From a virus (Duplodnaviria; Caudoviricetes), in IMG/VR virus record IMGVR_UViG_3300011577_000001: 64,000 bases of DNA; one strand, given 5' to 3'. Position 1 is the stretch's first letter; the number at the start of each line of letters is the position of its first letter. The notes under the pieces were generated by a model. The model saw only the letters and a program-made list of their open reading frames with translations, did not search any database and was not told the origin of the DNA. The translations under genes were made by a program, and so were the position numbers. Of this stretch, positions 55,960 through 64,000 are shown piece after piece.

Positions 55960-57621
55960 CTAAGCGTATTTTGTAAATTGGATTCGTCGTTGTACGTTGT
56001 CGATCAGCTCACGGAACTTCTCGTTCCTGACAACACGATAAGAATCATCGTATTGAACGTAAGGCGAAATGCGCGTACGCCCACTCGGGCTCGCCTTAGG
56101 TAGGTTGTTGTAACTACCCACCTCTACAATCGACGAGTGCAACAATTTGGACGCATCTCCAGCAGAAGACTTCCCGCTGTTGCGACCGTTACCAGTAGCG
56201 CTGGTCTGTGGGACCAGGTTCGACGTGATCTTGAAGTAGAGGTTATCCCCCGGGCTGGAGACCCCCGCAACCTCGCCGTGCTGCCGGTTGATTTTCATGA
56301 TCGCATCTACAGTCAGGTTCCGCCGTAGTGCATTGTTGATTTCCTCTTTGACTTTTGGTTTCCGTACCGCCTTCTGCAAGGCGAATTTGAAGTGAGAAAT
56401 TGCCTTGTTGATATCGAACAAAGCGTAACGCAATACCATCAACTCCTTGTCGTACATCGTGGACTCGACGTTGTCCGACTGGATGACCATCTCTGAGAGC
56501 GCTCCAATGATGAACGCGAACAGTTGGTATATGTCATTTGCGTGGATATTCTCACTGAGAAGGTCAAGCCGCGATCGTTCGTCCAAGGATTCATCCAAGG
56601 ACTCGATGTGGTTGTCAATCTCGTCTGCCAGCTTACCTTCACTTTGCCCTGGGCCGAAGATCAGGTGCCCCAGCAGAATACGCCAGAATCGGGTGCTCTC
56701 AATGAACTCGGGTTCCACACGTTGCGGGAAATGATCCGTAATGTAGAAGAACCCGGCCACCAAACCGATGTTCTGGGTAGTCCATGCCGTACGGCGAATT
56801 GCTAAGCGGATATTCGTTGGAATGTACCCGCTACGTCTTACGCCCCGAAGGCTGCGTGGACAGATCTGCTTGGAGCCACAGATCAGCCACTCTTCCTTCG
56901 GGTAGATGTCGTAATTGATCTCGTCGGGATACCCAACGAAAACGTCCGTGTTCGACATCATTTTAAACGCCTGGCTAACCCCATACTTGCTAAAGAGGTA
57001 GTGCGCCATCGTGTGTTTCGCTGTGATGCGATTTCTGTTTCCTGTTCCCTGCGCAGGGTTTCGATTATAGACCGTCGCCCATGCGACGTTCGCCGTTTCG
57101 TTCCAACTGGTCTCCAGGTTACCCTCGTCGAGATCATAAATACGGAACGTGTGATCCAACCGCTCGAAGGTAAGTTTCGTTACCTGGAGTGGAATAAAGA
57201 TCGTGTTAACGCCATAACTGATAGCACGGTCGGCCAACACGGGGCTGATCGAGAACGTACTACCGCGGATCGTGATCAAACCTGCCTGGGTCATGTAAGG
57301 CAAGTACATATGCGGTTCGTACATAGGTTCCCCATTGTACGTGAACCGATACTTCATCAAGAACAGATTGTTCCGCGCGATGTCAAACACCGGCTTCCCA
57401 CTCCGCTTTGGCGTGACCACGTTGTACTCTTCCTGAGGAGTGCAGCGTGTGCATCCTTCATACCGCAACCCTGGGGGGAAGCTCTTAGAGATACTTCTGA
57501 ACAACCCATCCACGTGACGCTCAACTACCCGCATTTGCTCTACGGCAAGGCCTCTCATGACCTTTTCATTCATACGGGGTATGGCCTTTTCATGAATCCG
57601 GCCAAATAGGAGGTTATCCAT
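55960..57621 (-). CDS. Non-virion RNA polymerase beta subunit, N-terminal part (phiKZ gp123-like)
   Basis: YLPYMTQAGLITIRGS..ISPV resembles RpoB region B; LHSS..EVG...SP.G resembles region D; position next to capsid and DnaB as in phiKZ. Confidence 0.75.
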   Translation of the reverse strand: MDNLLFGRIHEKAIPRMNEKVMRGLAVEQMRVVERHVDGLFRSISKSFPPGLRYEGCTRCTPQEEYNVVTPKRSGKPVFDIARNNLFLMKYRFTYNGEPMYEPHMYLPYMTQAGLITIRGSTFSISPVLADRAISYGVNTIFIPLQVTKLTFERLDHTFRIYDLDEGNLETSWNETANVAWATVYNRNPAQGTGNRNRITAKHTMAHYLFSKYGVSQAFKMMSNTDVFVGYPDEINYDIYPKEEWLICGSKQICPRSLRGVRRSGYIPTNIRLAIRRTAWTTQNIGLVAGFFYITDHFPQRVEPEFIESTRFWRILLGHLIFGPGQSEGKLADEIDNHIESLDESLDERSRLDLLSENIHANDIYQLFAFIIGALSEMVIQSDNVESTMYDKELMVLRYALFDINKAISHFKFALQKAVRKPKVKEEINNALRRNLTVDAIMKINRQHGEVAGVSSPGDNLYFKITSNLVPQTSATGNGRNSGKSSAGDASKLLHSSIVEVGSYNNLPKASPSGRTRISPYVQYDDSYRVVRNEKFRELIDNVQRRIQFTKYA

Positions 57622-57651
57622 TGGTTGTTACGCCCCTGTCTATCTATCAAA

Positions 57652-58824
57652 CTACTTAAATGCTAGAAAGATAGCCGCTAGTCCAGTAGCAATGGCGGGA
57701 ACCCACTTGAGAAACTCCGAAGAATCTTTCCTCGCATAACTGCGTTCTTCGTAGTGATCTTTACGTTCAAGCGATGCGATTGCTCGCAGATGCTCTACGC
57801 GTGTTTGTTCCTCTTTTAGCCTGGCCGAAGCTTCGTTGATACGAGCCTCTTCCAGCTTCCACCGGTGCTCCTGCGCTCTTCGGTCACTTTCCTCCGCGAC
57901 GCGCCTTTCATCTATGCTGCGTTTCCACTCCTCGTGTTCCTGGTCCCGCTGTAGACGCTCAAGTCGAAGGCGATGCTCCGTCTCCTTCAAGTCATGAGCA
58001 AACTGGTCCAGTTCACGTTTCCTTTCCGCTGCAAGGTCTCCCAATACCATTGCATCTTCATAGGACTTAAACATCCCCAGGAATTCCTCAGCTTCCGGGA
58101 AGGCGAAGTAATCTGACCTAGGTGCACCGACTCCCCCATGTTCGGAAACAGGCGCGGTGGATGCTCGATAGACACCAGACTTTCGTCCAGGGTCTTTCGT
58201 GGGCTGCACTAGGAAGATTTCTTTGTTGATGTTAATGAAACGAGGTCCAAAGATGTCTTCGTTATCGACAATCTGTAGGAAGTACCCCACCGCTCCCACG
58301 GTGTTGATCGTTTCGTTCTCTGCTACTAGGCGGTTGCGAATTCCTTCCATACTGAAAGGATGATGCGGGACATAACCCCCTTGCATCGTGGAAACCACGA
58401 CGTCAAGGTTTACTAGGTATAATGATCCTCCAGATGCGGCTACGTCAGCCTCATCAACTCCGTAGTCCACTTGGGCATGACACTGCCCCATTCGCTGTCG
58501 CACACTTCCCTGAAGGACTGCATCACGCAAAGCGCGCATTCCATCAGAGGTAGCATTTGATAGGCGGTCTACGTCAATCTTTACACCGTGTCGATACTTG
58601 ATCGTGTATCGCACGATGAATTTGTTTAGAGCCTTGACATTCATTGGCTGAATGGTAAGGGGCATTCCAGAACGGTCAACTAATGTAACGGGAACACGAA
58701 ACCCGTTATAAAACTCCTTCTCTATGGAAAGTTGTGCACCGGGACCTAATTCAAGTGCACCAGGCACTTCGGTCAGGGATGCTTCTCGATTTATCAGTTG
58801 GTTGTTGTGGATATATTGGCTCAT
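57652..58824 (-). CDS. Hypothetical protein with C-terminal coiled coil and tail anchor
   Basis: 390 aa; ends WVPAIATGLAAIFLAFK. Confidence 0.75.
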   Translation of the reverse strand: MSQYIHNNQLINREASLTEVPGALELGPGAQLSIEKEFYNGFRVPVTLVDRSGMPLTIQPMNVKALNKFIVRYTIKYRHGVKIDVDRLSNATSDGMRALRDAVLQGSVRQRMGQCHAQVDYGVDEADVAASGGSLYLVNLDVVVSTMQGGYVPHHPFSMEGIRNRLVAENETINTVGAVGYFLQIVDNEDIFGPRFININKEIFLVQPTKDPGRKSGVYRASTAPVSEHGGVGAPRSDYFAFPEAEEFLGMFKSYEDAMVLGDLAAERKRELDQFAHDLKETEHRLRLERLQRDQEHEEWKRSIDERRVAEESDRRAQEHRWKLEEARINEASARLKEEQTRVEHLRAIASLERKDHYEERSYARKDSSEFLKWVPAIATGLAAIFLAFK

Positions 58825-58897
58825 GCTTGTTCACACTGTGAATAGGTAAGATCTATTGATTCACTTTTGATAGAGCATGCGATTCCTCTGTGGTTGG

Positions 58898-58921
58898 TCA
58901 CTTTGATAATATACACTTGAG
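58898..58921 (-). promoter_or_regulatory. Putative early (virion RNAP) promoter for the non-virion RNAP operon
   Basis: Minus strand CTCAAGTGTATATTATCAAAGTGA; aligns without gaps to 8121-8144. Confidence 0.6.
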
Positions 58922-58936
58922 TTTGCTTTGAATAGA

Positions 58937-59043
58937 GACGGCATAAAAGAAGGAATTCCTCCTGAGCCCGAAAGCTCAGGAGGGTTCCTTTGAGTCCCCA
59001 CTTAAAGGACACTCCAAAGGAGCCGAAGCTCCTAAGGAGGTGT
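58937..59043 (-). terminator. Tandem hairpins downstream of the major capsid gene
   Basis: Stems at 59009-59043 (TTCG loop) and 58950-58990, then CTTTTATGCCGTC. Confidence 0.75.
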
Positions 59044-59098
59044 AACCAACCGTAGACCATCAAGTCTAGTGGTTGTGACCAGTTCAGCCAACGGTCGC

Positions 59099-61282
59099 TT
59101 ACGGTTGCTCTTGAGTAGCAACCACGATTTTGTTGGTGAGAACTTTGTCCAACCCCTTCACTTTGATGATGGCCAGGGCAGGGAGGTGGTTGATGTGCAG
59201 GTTACGCGGCTGCACCATGGCTTCCGGGTAAGTACCGCCATCACGCTGCACCATCATGCTGGAAGCCAGCTCAGGAATCCACGCGTGCACACCGAAGGTG
59301 AGCGGGTCGATGCCTTCGGATTGGCCCATGCGGGTCAGACCGATGATGATGGTGTCCTTCATACGGAAGTCGAAGGAGGACTCGATCTGGTACTCGGGGA
59401 ACGCGATACCGAAGGTACGGCTGTCGCCCACGACCATCAGGTGACGTTGCAGAACCACGTCAGTACCGATCAGCAGCTTCGGCTGTTGCGAGCCAGTTAC
59501 GGCAGCGTTCAGCGCAGGCTGGTAGCCGGTGTCGCGGTACATGCGGTAGGACACGTCACGAATGGCGTTGACCAGGATGGCGTTGATGTCCTGGGCACGG
59601 TCCATGTCACGGATGGAGTTGATCTCTTGCTCCAGATCGATTTCCTTCTCTTCGAAGAAGGGCTTGATCAGGAAGCGACCAACACCTTCCACTTCAGGGA
59701 TGGTGTCCTGGCGCTTGACGGCCTTGGCGTAGGCCTTCAGGGTTTCGGCGTAGTTCAACAGGCGGGTGACCGCGTTGTTGGTGTTACGCACGCGCACGGC
59801 GTTGATCAGCATTTCCAGGTCGCGAGCGTCGCGGTTAGAACCGGCCGGGGAAGGCGCGGAGATCGGAGCACCCAGCGGGATGTGGAAACGGAAGGTACGG
59901 TCGTTGGTGTCCAGCAGCAGACCACGGGTACGACGGTTGCTGTTGGTACGAGCAGCCTTCAGATCGTAAGCCACGACCTTGGCGTCTTTCAGCGAAGCGA
60001 CGATCGGAGCACCAGCGCCGGAGACCAGGCTGATTTCCTTGCCGTCAGCATCGATGATGCTGTCGACGGTTACAGGCGAGCTGTAAACGCGGCCGTTGCC
60101 GAGCTGAGTGTCGAAGTCGCCGTTCAGGTTCACAGCCAGGCGTACGGTGACGTTGGCGGTGGTGATGGCGGCCAGCAGGGTCGGAGCAACACCGGCGGTG
60201 GTGAGAGTGTCTTTGTCCAGGACCAGGTCAGCGGTCTTGAAGTTCAGGTTCATCTCACGGTTGGCGCCTTCAACCGACTTCACGAAGTGGCTGCGAGCCA
60301 GACGGGAGGTCACGTACTTCACAGCTTCGCCGTCGGCGAGCTGGATGTAGATGTTCTCCAGACCGATCGAGTTGTCGATCGCGTCGGTGTGGTCGATGAT
60401 GCCAGCGCCGATCAGGCCTGGGTGTTGGGACAGGCCCAGCAGGTTCAGCTCAACGTTGATCGCCAGCGGAGCGGTCGGAACGTCGATGTTGGAGATGCGA
60501 CGAACGGTCGGAGCAACCAGAGTAGCGTCGATGAACTTGTCGGCGTTGCCGCCGTTGGCCAGAACGACCGGGATCAGGCTGGTGGATTCGTCGGCCAGGA
60601 TTTTGTGGTCCATGGCAGCGTCGACCAGGTTCTTACGGTTCCAGTCAGTCACCTTACCGGTGTTGCTGTGCTGGATGGCGTTGTGCACCAGGGTACGACG
60701 GACGGTGATGTCCAGGCCGCCTTGCTCCGGCGGAACGACGGTGGTCGGGTACCACATCTCGGAGAAGCTGTCCTGGACAGCGGCCTTGACGTTGAACACG
60801 ATGGAGTACGGCAGGAACTTGGCCAGCTCACGCTCGTCGAAGCTTTCCAGGGACGGGGTGTCACGGGTGTCAACGACACCAGCAGCGCCGCTCGAACCGA
60901 TGTCGACGACGTTGTCGCCGGAAGCGGTGGAACGCATGGCGACTTCGGCGTACTCGGCCGGGTTACCAGCAGCCATGGCGGCGATCGCACCGGCTTGCAG
61001 TTGGGTTTCGGTCAGATCTTCTTCGCCGTCTTCGCCAGTCTCACCGTCTTCCAGGGACGGACGCAGGGCAGCGAAGGCTTCTTTGATCTCACGACCCATG
61101 TCCTTGGCGCGGCGATCCAGTTCAGCGAACTGGCCTTCGTCCAGGGATTCCATGGAGATCAGTTGACCGGTGATTTCACGCGAAGCAACGTCGGTGCCTT
61201 GAGCAGCGATGGTTTGGCGCAGGGCCGAGACGACGTTGTTCAGAGGCGAACCAGCAGAGCCTTTGAATTTCAGGAATGACAT
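59099..61282 (-). CDS. Major capsid protein (phiKZ gp120-like)
   Basis: 727 aa; strongly biased codons; AAAGGA RBS; propeptide with SME/SLE sites; ARTNSNRRTRG and QPRNLHINHLP blocks. Confidence 0.88.
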   Translation of the reverse strand: MSFLKFKGSAGSPLNNVVSALRQTIAAQGTDVASREITGQLISMESLDEGQFAELDRRAKDMGREIKEAFAALRPSLEDGETGEDGEEDLTETQLQAGAIAAMAAGNPAEYAEVAMRSTASGDNVVDIGSSGAAGVVDTRDTPSLESFDERELAKFLPYSIVFNVKAAVQDSFSEMWYPTTVVPPEQGGLDITVRRTLVHNAIQHSNTGKVTDWNRKNLVDAAMDHKILADESTSLIPVVLANGGNADKFIDATLVAPTVRRISNIDVPTAPLAINVELNLLGLSQHPGLIGAGIIDHTDAIDNSIGLENIYIQLADGEAVKYVTSRLARSHFVKSVEGANREMNLNFKTADLVLDKDTLTTAGVAPTLLAAITTANVTVRLAVNLNGDFDTQLGNGRVYSSPVTVDSIIDADGKEISLVSGAGAPIVASLKDAKVVAYDLKAARTNSNRRTRGLLLDTNDRTFRFHIPLGAPISAPSPAGSNRDARDLEMLINAVRVRNTNNAVTRLLNYAETLKAYAKAVKRQDTIPEVEGVGRFLIKPFFEEKEIDLEQEINSIRDMDRAQDINAILVNAIRDVSYRMYRDTGYQPALNAAVTGSQQPKLLIGTDVVLQRHLMVVGDSRTFGIAFPEYQIESSFDFRMKDTIIIGLTRMGQSEGIDPLTFGVHAWIPELASSMMVQRDGGTYPEAMVQPRNLHINHLPALAIIKVKGLDKVLTNKIVVATQEQP

Positions 61283-61451
61283 ATCGATGTGTCCTTTTTA
61301 CTTTCACGAAAGTACAAGTGGGGTGGAATCGGCACGCTGCCTTACCAGTTGCGACTAAACAACGGTATCGGTTATAGCTGCTATATAATTAAACATTTAC
61401 AGCAAACCGAGTTGCAGAGTCATTGAAACATAAAATACGTATTTACGTACT

Positions 61452-61994
61452 TCAAGGTTTACCGAGAGAAGCAAGCCACTCACGGAAGAAGTCGGAACGA
61501 GCGACGTTCACCAATCCACTAGCGATAACCCAGCGGGTCATCAGCTCGTCCAGGAAGGTCTCTCCGTTGACATAGGGAGATTCGCCCATCTGTCCTAAGA
61601 TAGGTGTAACAATTAACGTATCGGATTCCACGGACTGTACAGTGAGAGTGTACTCGTCATTGGAAGCATCGTCGCGTCCAAGCCATGCCTCATCAGCATT
61701 GAAGCTGGAAACACCCTTGGCTCGCATGTAGTCAACAATCTGACTGATCTTGCGATACCTATCTTCTGAACCCTTCGGTGGGTCACACAGAAGTAAGGTG
61801 CAAGTCGACGGGAAGGTCTCCGCGAAGGCGCGGGAGAACAGTGCTTCACGCTTCTCGTTGAGCAGCACATATTTGGCTACATCCTCAGGGGATAGTATAG
61901 CCGTCAACTGGTGGAAGTCGTTCACCGTTGCTAAATCGACTTTAGCGTATTCCAGGGCTTTCTTAAGCCACAGGGGTACCAAGACTACTCTCAT
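61452..61994 (-). CDS. Hypothetical protein
   Basis: 180 aa, between helicase and capsid genes. Confidence 0.7.
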   Translation of the reverse strand: MRVVLVPLWLKKALEYAKVDLATVNDFHQLTAILSPEDVAKYVLLNEKREALFSRAFAETFPSTCTLLLCDPPKGSEDRYRKISQIVDYMRAKGVSSFNADEAWLGRDDASNDEYTLTVQSVESDTLIVTPILGQMGESPYVNGETFLDELMTRWVIASGLVNVARSDFFREWLASLGKP

Positions 61995-62021
61995 TTATAC
62001 AGACTCCGCGTTAGGAAAACC

Positions 62022-63575
62022 GTGATGGATGAAAAACTGCTATTGATACAGGTGATCACACTCCTGTATCGAGAAAGCCAACTGGAGACTCGTAACTCAA
62101 ACTCGAGCGAGCTGGCTGCCTCAGTTGTGGCCACTGTCCGTATCCCAGAAACGGCAATGGAGGCCGACCGCGGACGTGAATCGCTCAAGGCTCTGAGAAA
62201 CACCGCATTGTGGATGATCTCTAATCCTCCGAGCCAGGATTATGACAGGACTATCCTGCTTCAAAAGATACGTGTAAACGTAGGCGACGAGGACGAGCTG
62301 TATCAAGCCTTCGAAGCTGCAACCCACCCGATCGAAAACGAGATCTGGTTGAAGAAGGCGATCCTTGAGTATCGTGCTGAACTGAACTCGTATATGAACC
62401 GGGCTCAGATCACTGAGATCTTGAAGCAGGCGTATTCGGCTTCGACCTTCAATCCGCACACCGTCGATTGGAAGAACTTCGTCCATGACATCATGGGGAA
62501 TCTGGAACCGCTGGCTCAGATGCAGACAGTGGAGCAGAACCCTGCCATTGTAGGCTCTGTAGACCTCGATGACGACGAAGCTGTGATGGCCCTGATGAAC
62601 CAGGCGCAGGAAGAGCTTTCGACCAATGGCGTGCTTCGTACGGGCTGGCAGGGCGTCAACCGCATGTGTGGTGACCAAGACGGTTTCCGTCGTGGTGAGT
62701 TCATTCTGGTTGGTGCACTGCAACACAACTTTAAAACAGGCTTTACCTTGAACCTGTTTAAACAGTTTGCGCTGTACAACCGTCCGTACATGCGTGATCC
62801 GTCGAAGAAACCACTGCTCCTGCACATCTCGGCAGAGAACAACCTCATCGACAACGTTATGCAGCTCTACGTCTCTATTAAGGAGAACGAAACGGGCGAG
62901 GCAGTATCTATCCGTGGGGTAGATCAGAAAGAAGCTGCTGCGTACGTTAAGAGCCGCCTGATGGGCAACGGTTACAACATCCGCATGCTGCGGGTGGACC
63001 CATCGATGTTCAGCTACCGCGACCTGTTCGACTTGATCACCAAGTACGAGTCGGAAGGTTTCGAAGTACACTGCTGTGTGTTCGACTACCTGAACATGAT
63101 CTCGAAGAAGGGCTGCCAACAAGGTCCTCACGGCTTCGAGACACGCGACCTCGTGCGTCGTGTGCGTAACTTCACTGCACCCCGTGGTATCACCTTCATT
63201 ACCCCACACCAGCTCTCCACGCAAGCCAAAGAGTTGGTACGGCAACAGATCGAGAACTTCGTTCAAGAGATTGCCAACAAAGGCTACTACGACTCCTGCC
63301 GAACGGTCGACCAAGAGGTTGACATGGAGATCACGATTCACATCGAGAAATTCAACGGCGAGAGTTACCTCACTATTCAACGCGGTAAACACCGTAAGGT
63401 TACGATCACTCCAGAGAAAGACCTGTACTGCGTTCTCAAGTTCGAGAAGATTGGTAACATCCCTGACGACTACGGTAAAGAAGACCGCACCCTTAAGAAA
63501 GTGGGCGGACGACCGGCAGCGGAAGGTGGCAACGCAAACGTCTGGTGGGATTCGCAAGAACCAATAGCTGCATAA
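62022..63575 (+). CDS. dnaB: DnaB-like replicative helicase
   Basis: LRTGWQGVN, GFRRGE..LVGALQHNFKT, FDYL, TPHQLS, QRGKHR. Confidence 0.85.
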   Translation: MMDEKLLLIQVITLLYRESQLETRNSNSSELAASVVATVRIPETAMEADRGRESLKALRNTALWMISNPPSQDYDRTILLQKIRVNVGDEDELYQAFEAATHPIENEIWLKKAILEYRAELNSYMNRAQITEILKQAYSASTFNPHTVDWKNFVHDIMGNLEPLAQMQTVEQNPAIVGSVDLDDDEAVMALMNQAQEELSTNGVLRTGWQGVNRMCGDQDGFRRGEFILVGALQHNFKTGFTLNLFKQFALYNRPYMRDPSKKPLLLHISAENNLIDNVMQLYVSIKENETGEAVSIRGVDQKEAAAYVKSRLMGNGYNIRMLRVDPSMFSYRDLFDLITKYESEGFEVHCCVFDYLNMISKKGCQQGPHGFETRDLVRRVRNFTAPRGITFITPHQLSTQAKELVRQQIENFVQEIANKGYYDSCRTVDQEVDMEITIHIEKFNGESYLTIQRGKHRKVTITPEKDLYCVLKFEKIGNIPDDYGKEDRTLKKVGGRPAAEGGNANVWWDSQEPIAA

Positions 63576-63586
63576 AGTCGAAAACA

Positions 63587-63647
63587 AGCAAAAAAAAAGA
63601 GTCTAACGCGGACTCCAGAGTGTAGAGACCCGAAGGTCTCTACACTC
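63587..63647. terminator. Tandem hairpins between convergent genes
   Basis: A9-GAGTC..GACTC and a perfect GAGTGTAGAGACC-CGAA-GGTCTCTACACTC. Confidence 0.75.
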
Positions 63648-63654
63648 GCCCTGA

Positions 63655-63993
63655 TTATGCCTCTTCTTTTCCGAGCGCCATGTGGAGTGCGAAGTAAGCT
63701 TGGCGAACAGCGTCTTCGAACGTGTGCGACCAGACGGTAACTTCTTCCTCGTCATCGTCCAGCGGCAAGCTGGTGATCTGTACGATGCGATCCACTTCGA
63801 GCATGGCGTGCACTACGTCGTCGGAGAGCCCGGCAATGGTTTGCAGATGTTCGACAGCGTCTTCGATGGAGCCCTTGCCATCCTTGTACTCATTGATGAG
63901 GATAGTCAAGCTACCCCCGGTGAGTTCTTGGATGCCAATCAACATTACTTCCAGAGTCAGTTCTGGCGCCTCTGGAGCGCTGTTGTCCATCAT
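63655..63993 (-). CDS. Hypothetical acidic protein
   Basis: 112-aa ORF at the window edge. Confidence 0.6.
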   Translation of the reverse strand: MMDNSAPEAPELTLEVMLIGIQELTGGSLTILINEYKDGKGSIEDAVEHLQTIAGLSDDVVHAMLEVDRIVQITSLPLDDDEEEVTVWSHTFEDAVRQAYFALHMALGKEEA

Positions 63994-64000
63994 TCTTCGG

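Noticed and set aside
58937-59098. Possible tRNA or ncRNA in the structured intergenic region
   Set aside because: No cloverleaf, T-loop consensus or CCA; two terminator-like hairpins explain the structure.
59069-61279. 736-aa plus-strand ORF opposite the capsid gene; similar long ORFs at 53643-55976, 62121-63587, 51369-52763 and 34223-35350
   Set aside because: Antisense shadows of codon-biased real genes; no RBS or recognisable protein motifs.
61283-61451. Late promoter (TATG) upstream of the capsid gene, and similar sites near 10048, 28008 and 40520
   Set aside because: A 4-nt motif cannot be supported without TSS data.
62700-62745. Degenerate Walker A (GALQHNFKT) suggesting an inactive DnaB
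   Set aside because: Catalytic Lys-Thr and other helicase motifs are retained; I recall similar divergence in phiKZ-like helicases.

Overview
This window is part of a phiKZ-like (Chimalliviridae-type, nucleus-forming) jumbo myophage genome, identified from recognised protein families with no database search. Core genes: major capsid protein, probable portal, DnaB-like helicase, a non-virion RNAP beta-type subunit, a virion RNAP beta C-terminal subunit, UvsX/RecA, RNase H, SbcC ATPase, RuvC-like resolvase, central spike plus PAAR tip, tail fibres and a lysis set (endolysin, holin-like protein, overlapping spanins). The standout is an ~11 kb tightly coupled operon (29329-40484) between the tail-fibre genes and the endolysin. 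It encodes six radical SAM-type Fe-S proteins, one JmjC/cupin and three further 2OG-Fe(II) oxygenases, three unknown proteins, and a 227-aa protein ending in 13 Cys-His-x-[Ser/Asn/Ala] repeats plus RGRR. It looks like a phage-encoded RiPP-style modification pathway that may act on a virion protein. Also present: three copies of an early-promoter-like motif, a family of GGCATA/TATGCC-flanked hairpins, and a NADAR-like gene. No tRNA, rRNA, CRISPR array or mobile element was recognised.
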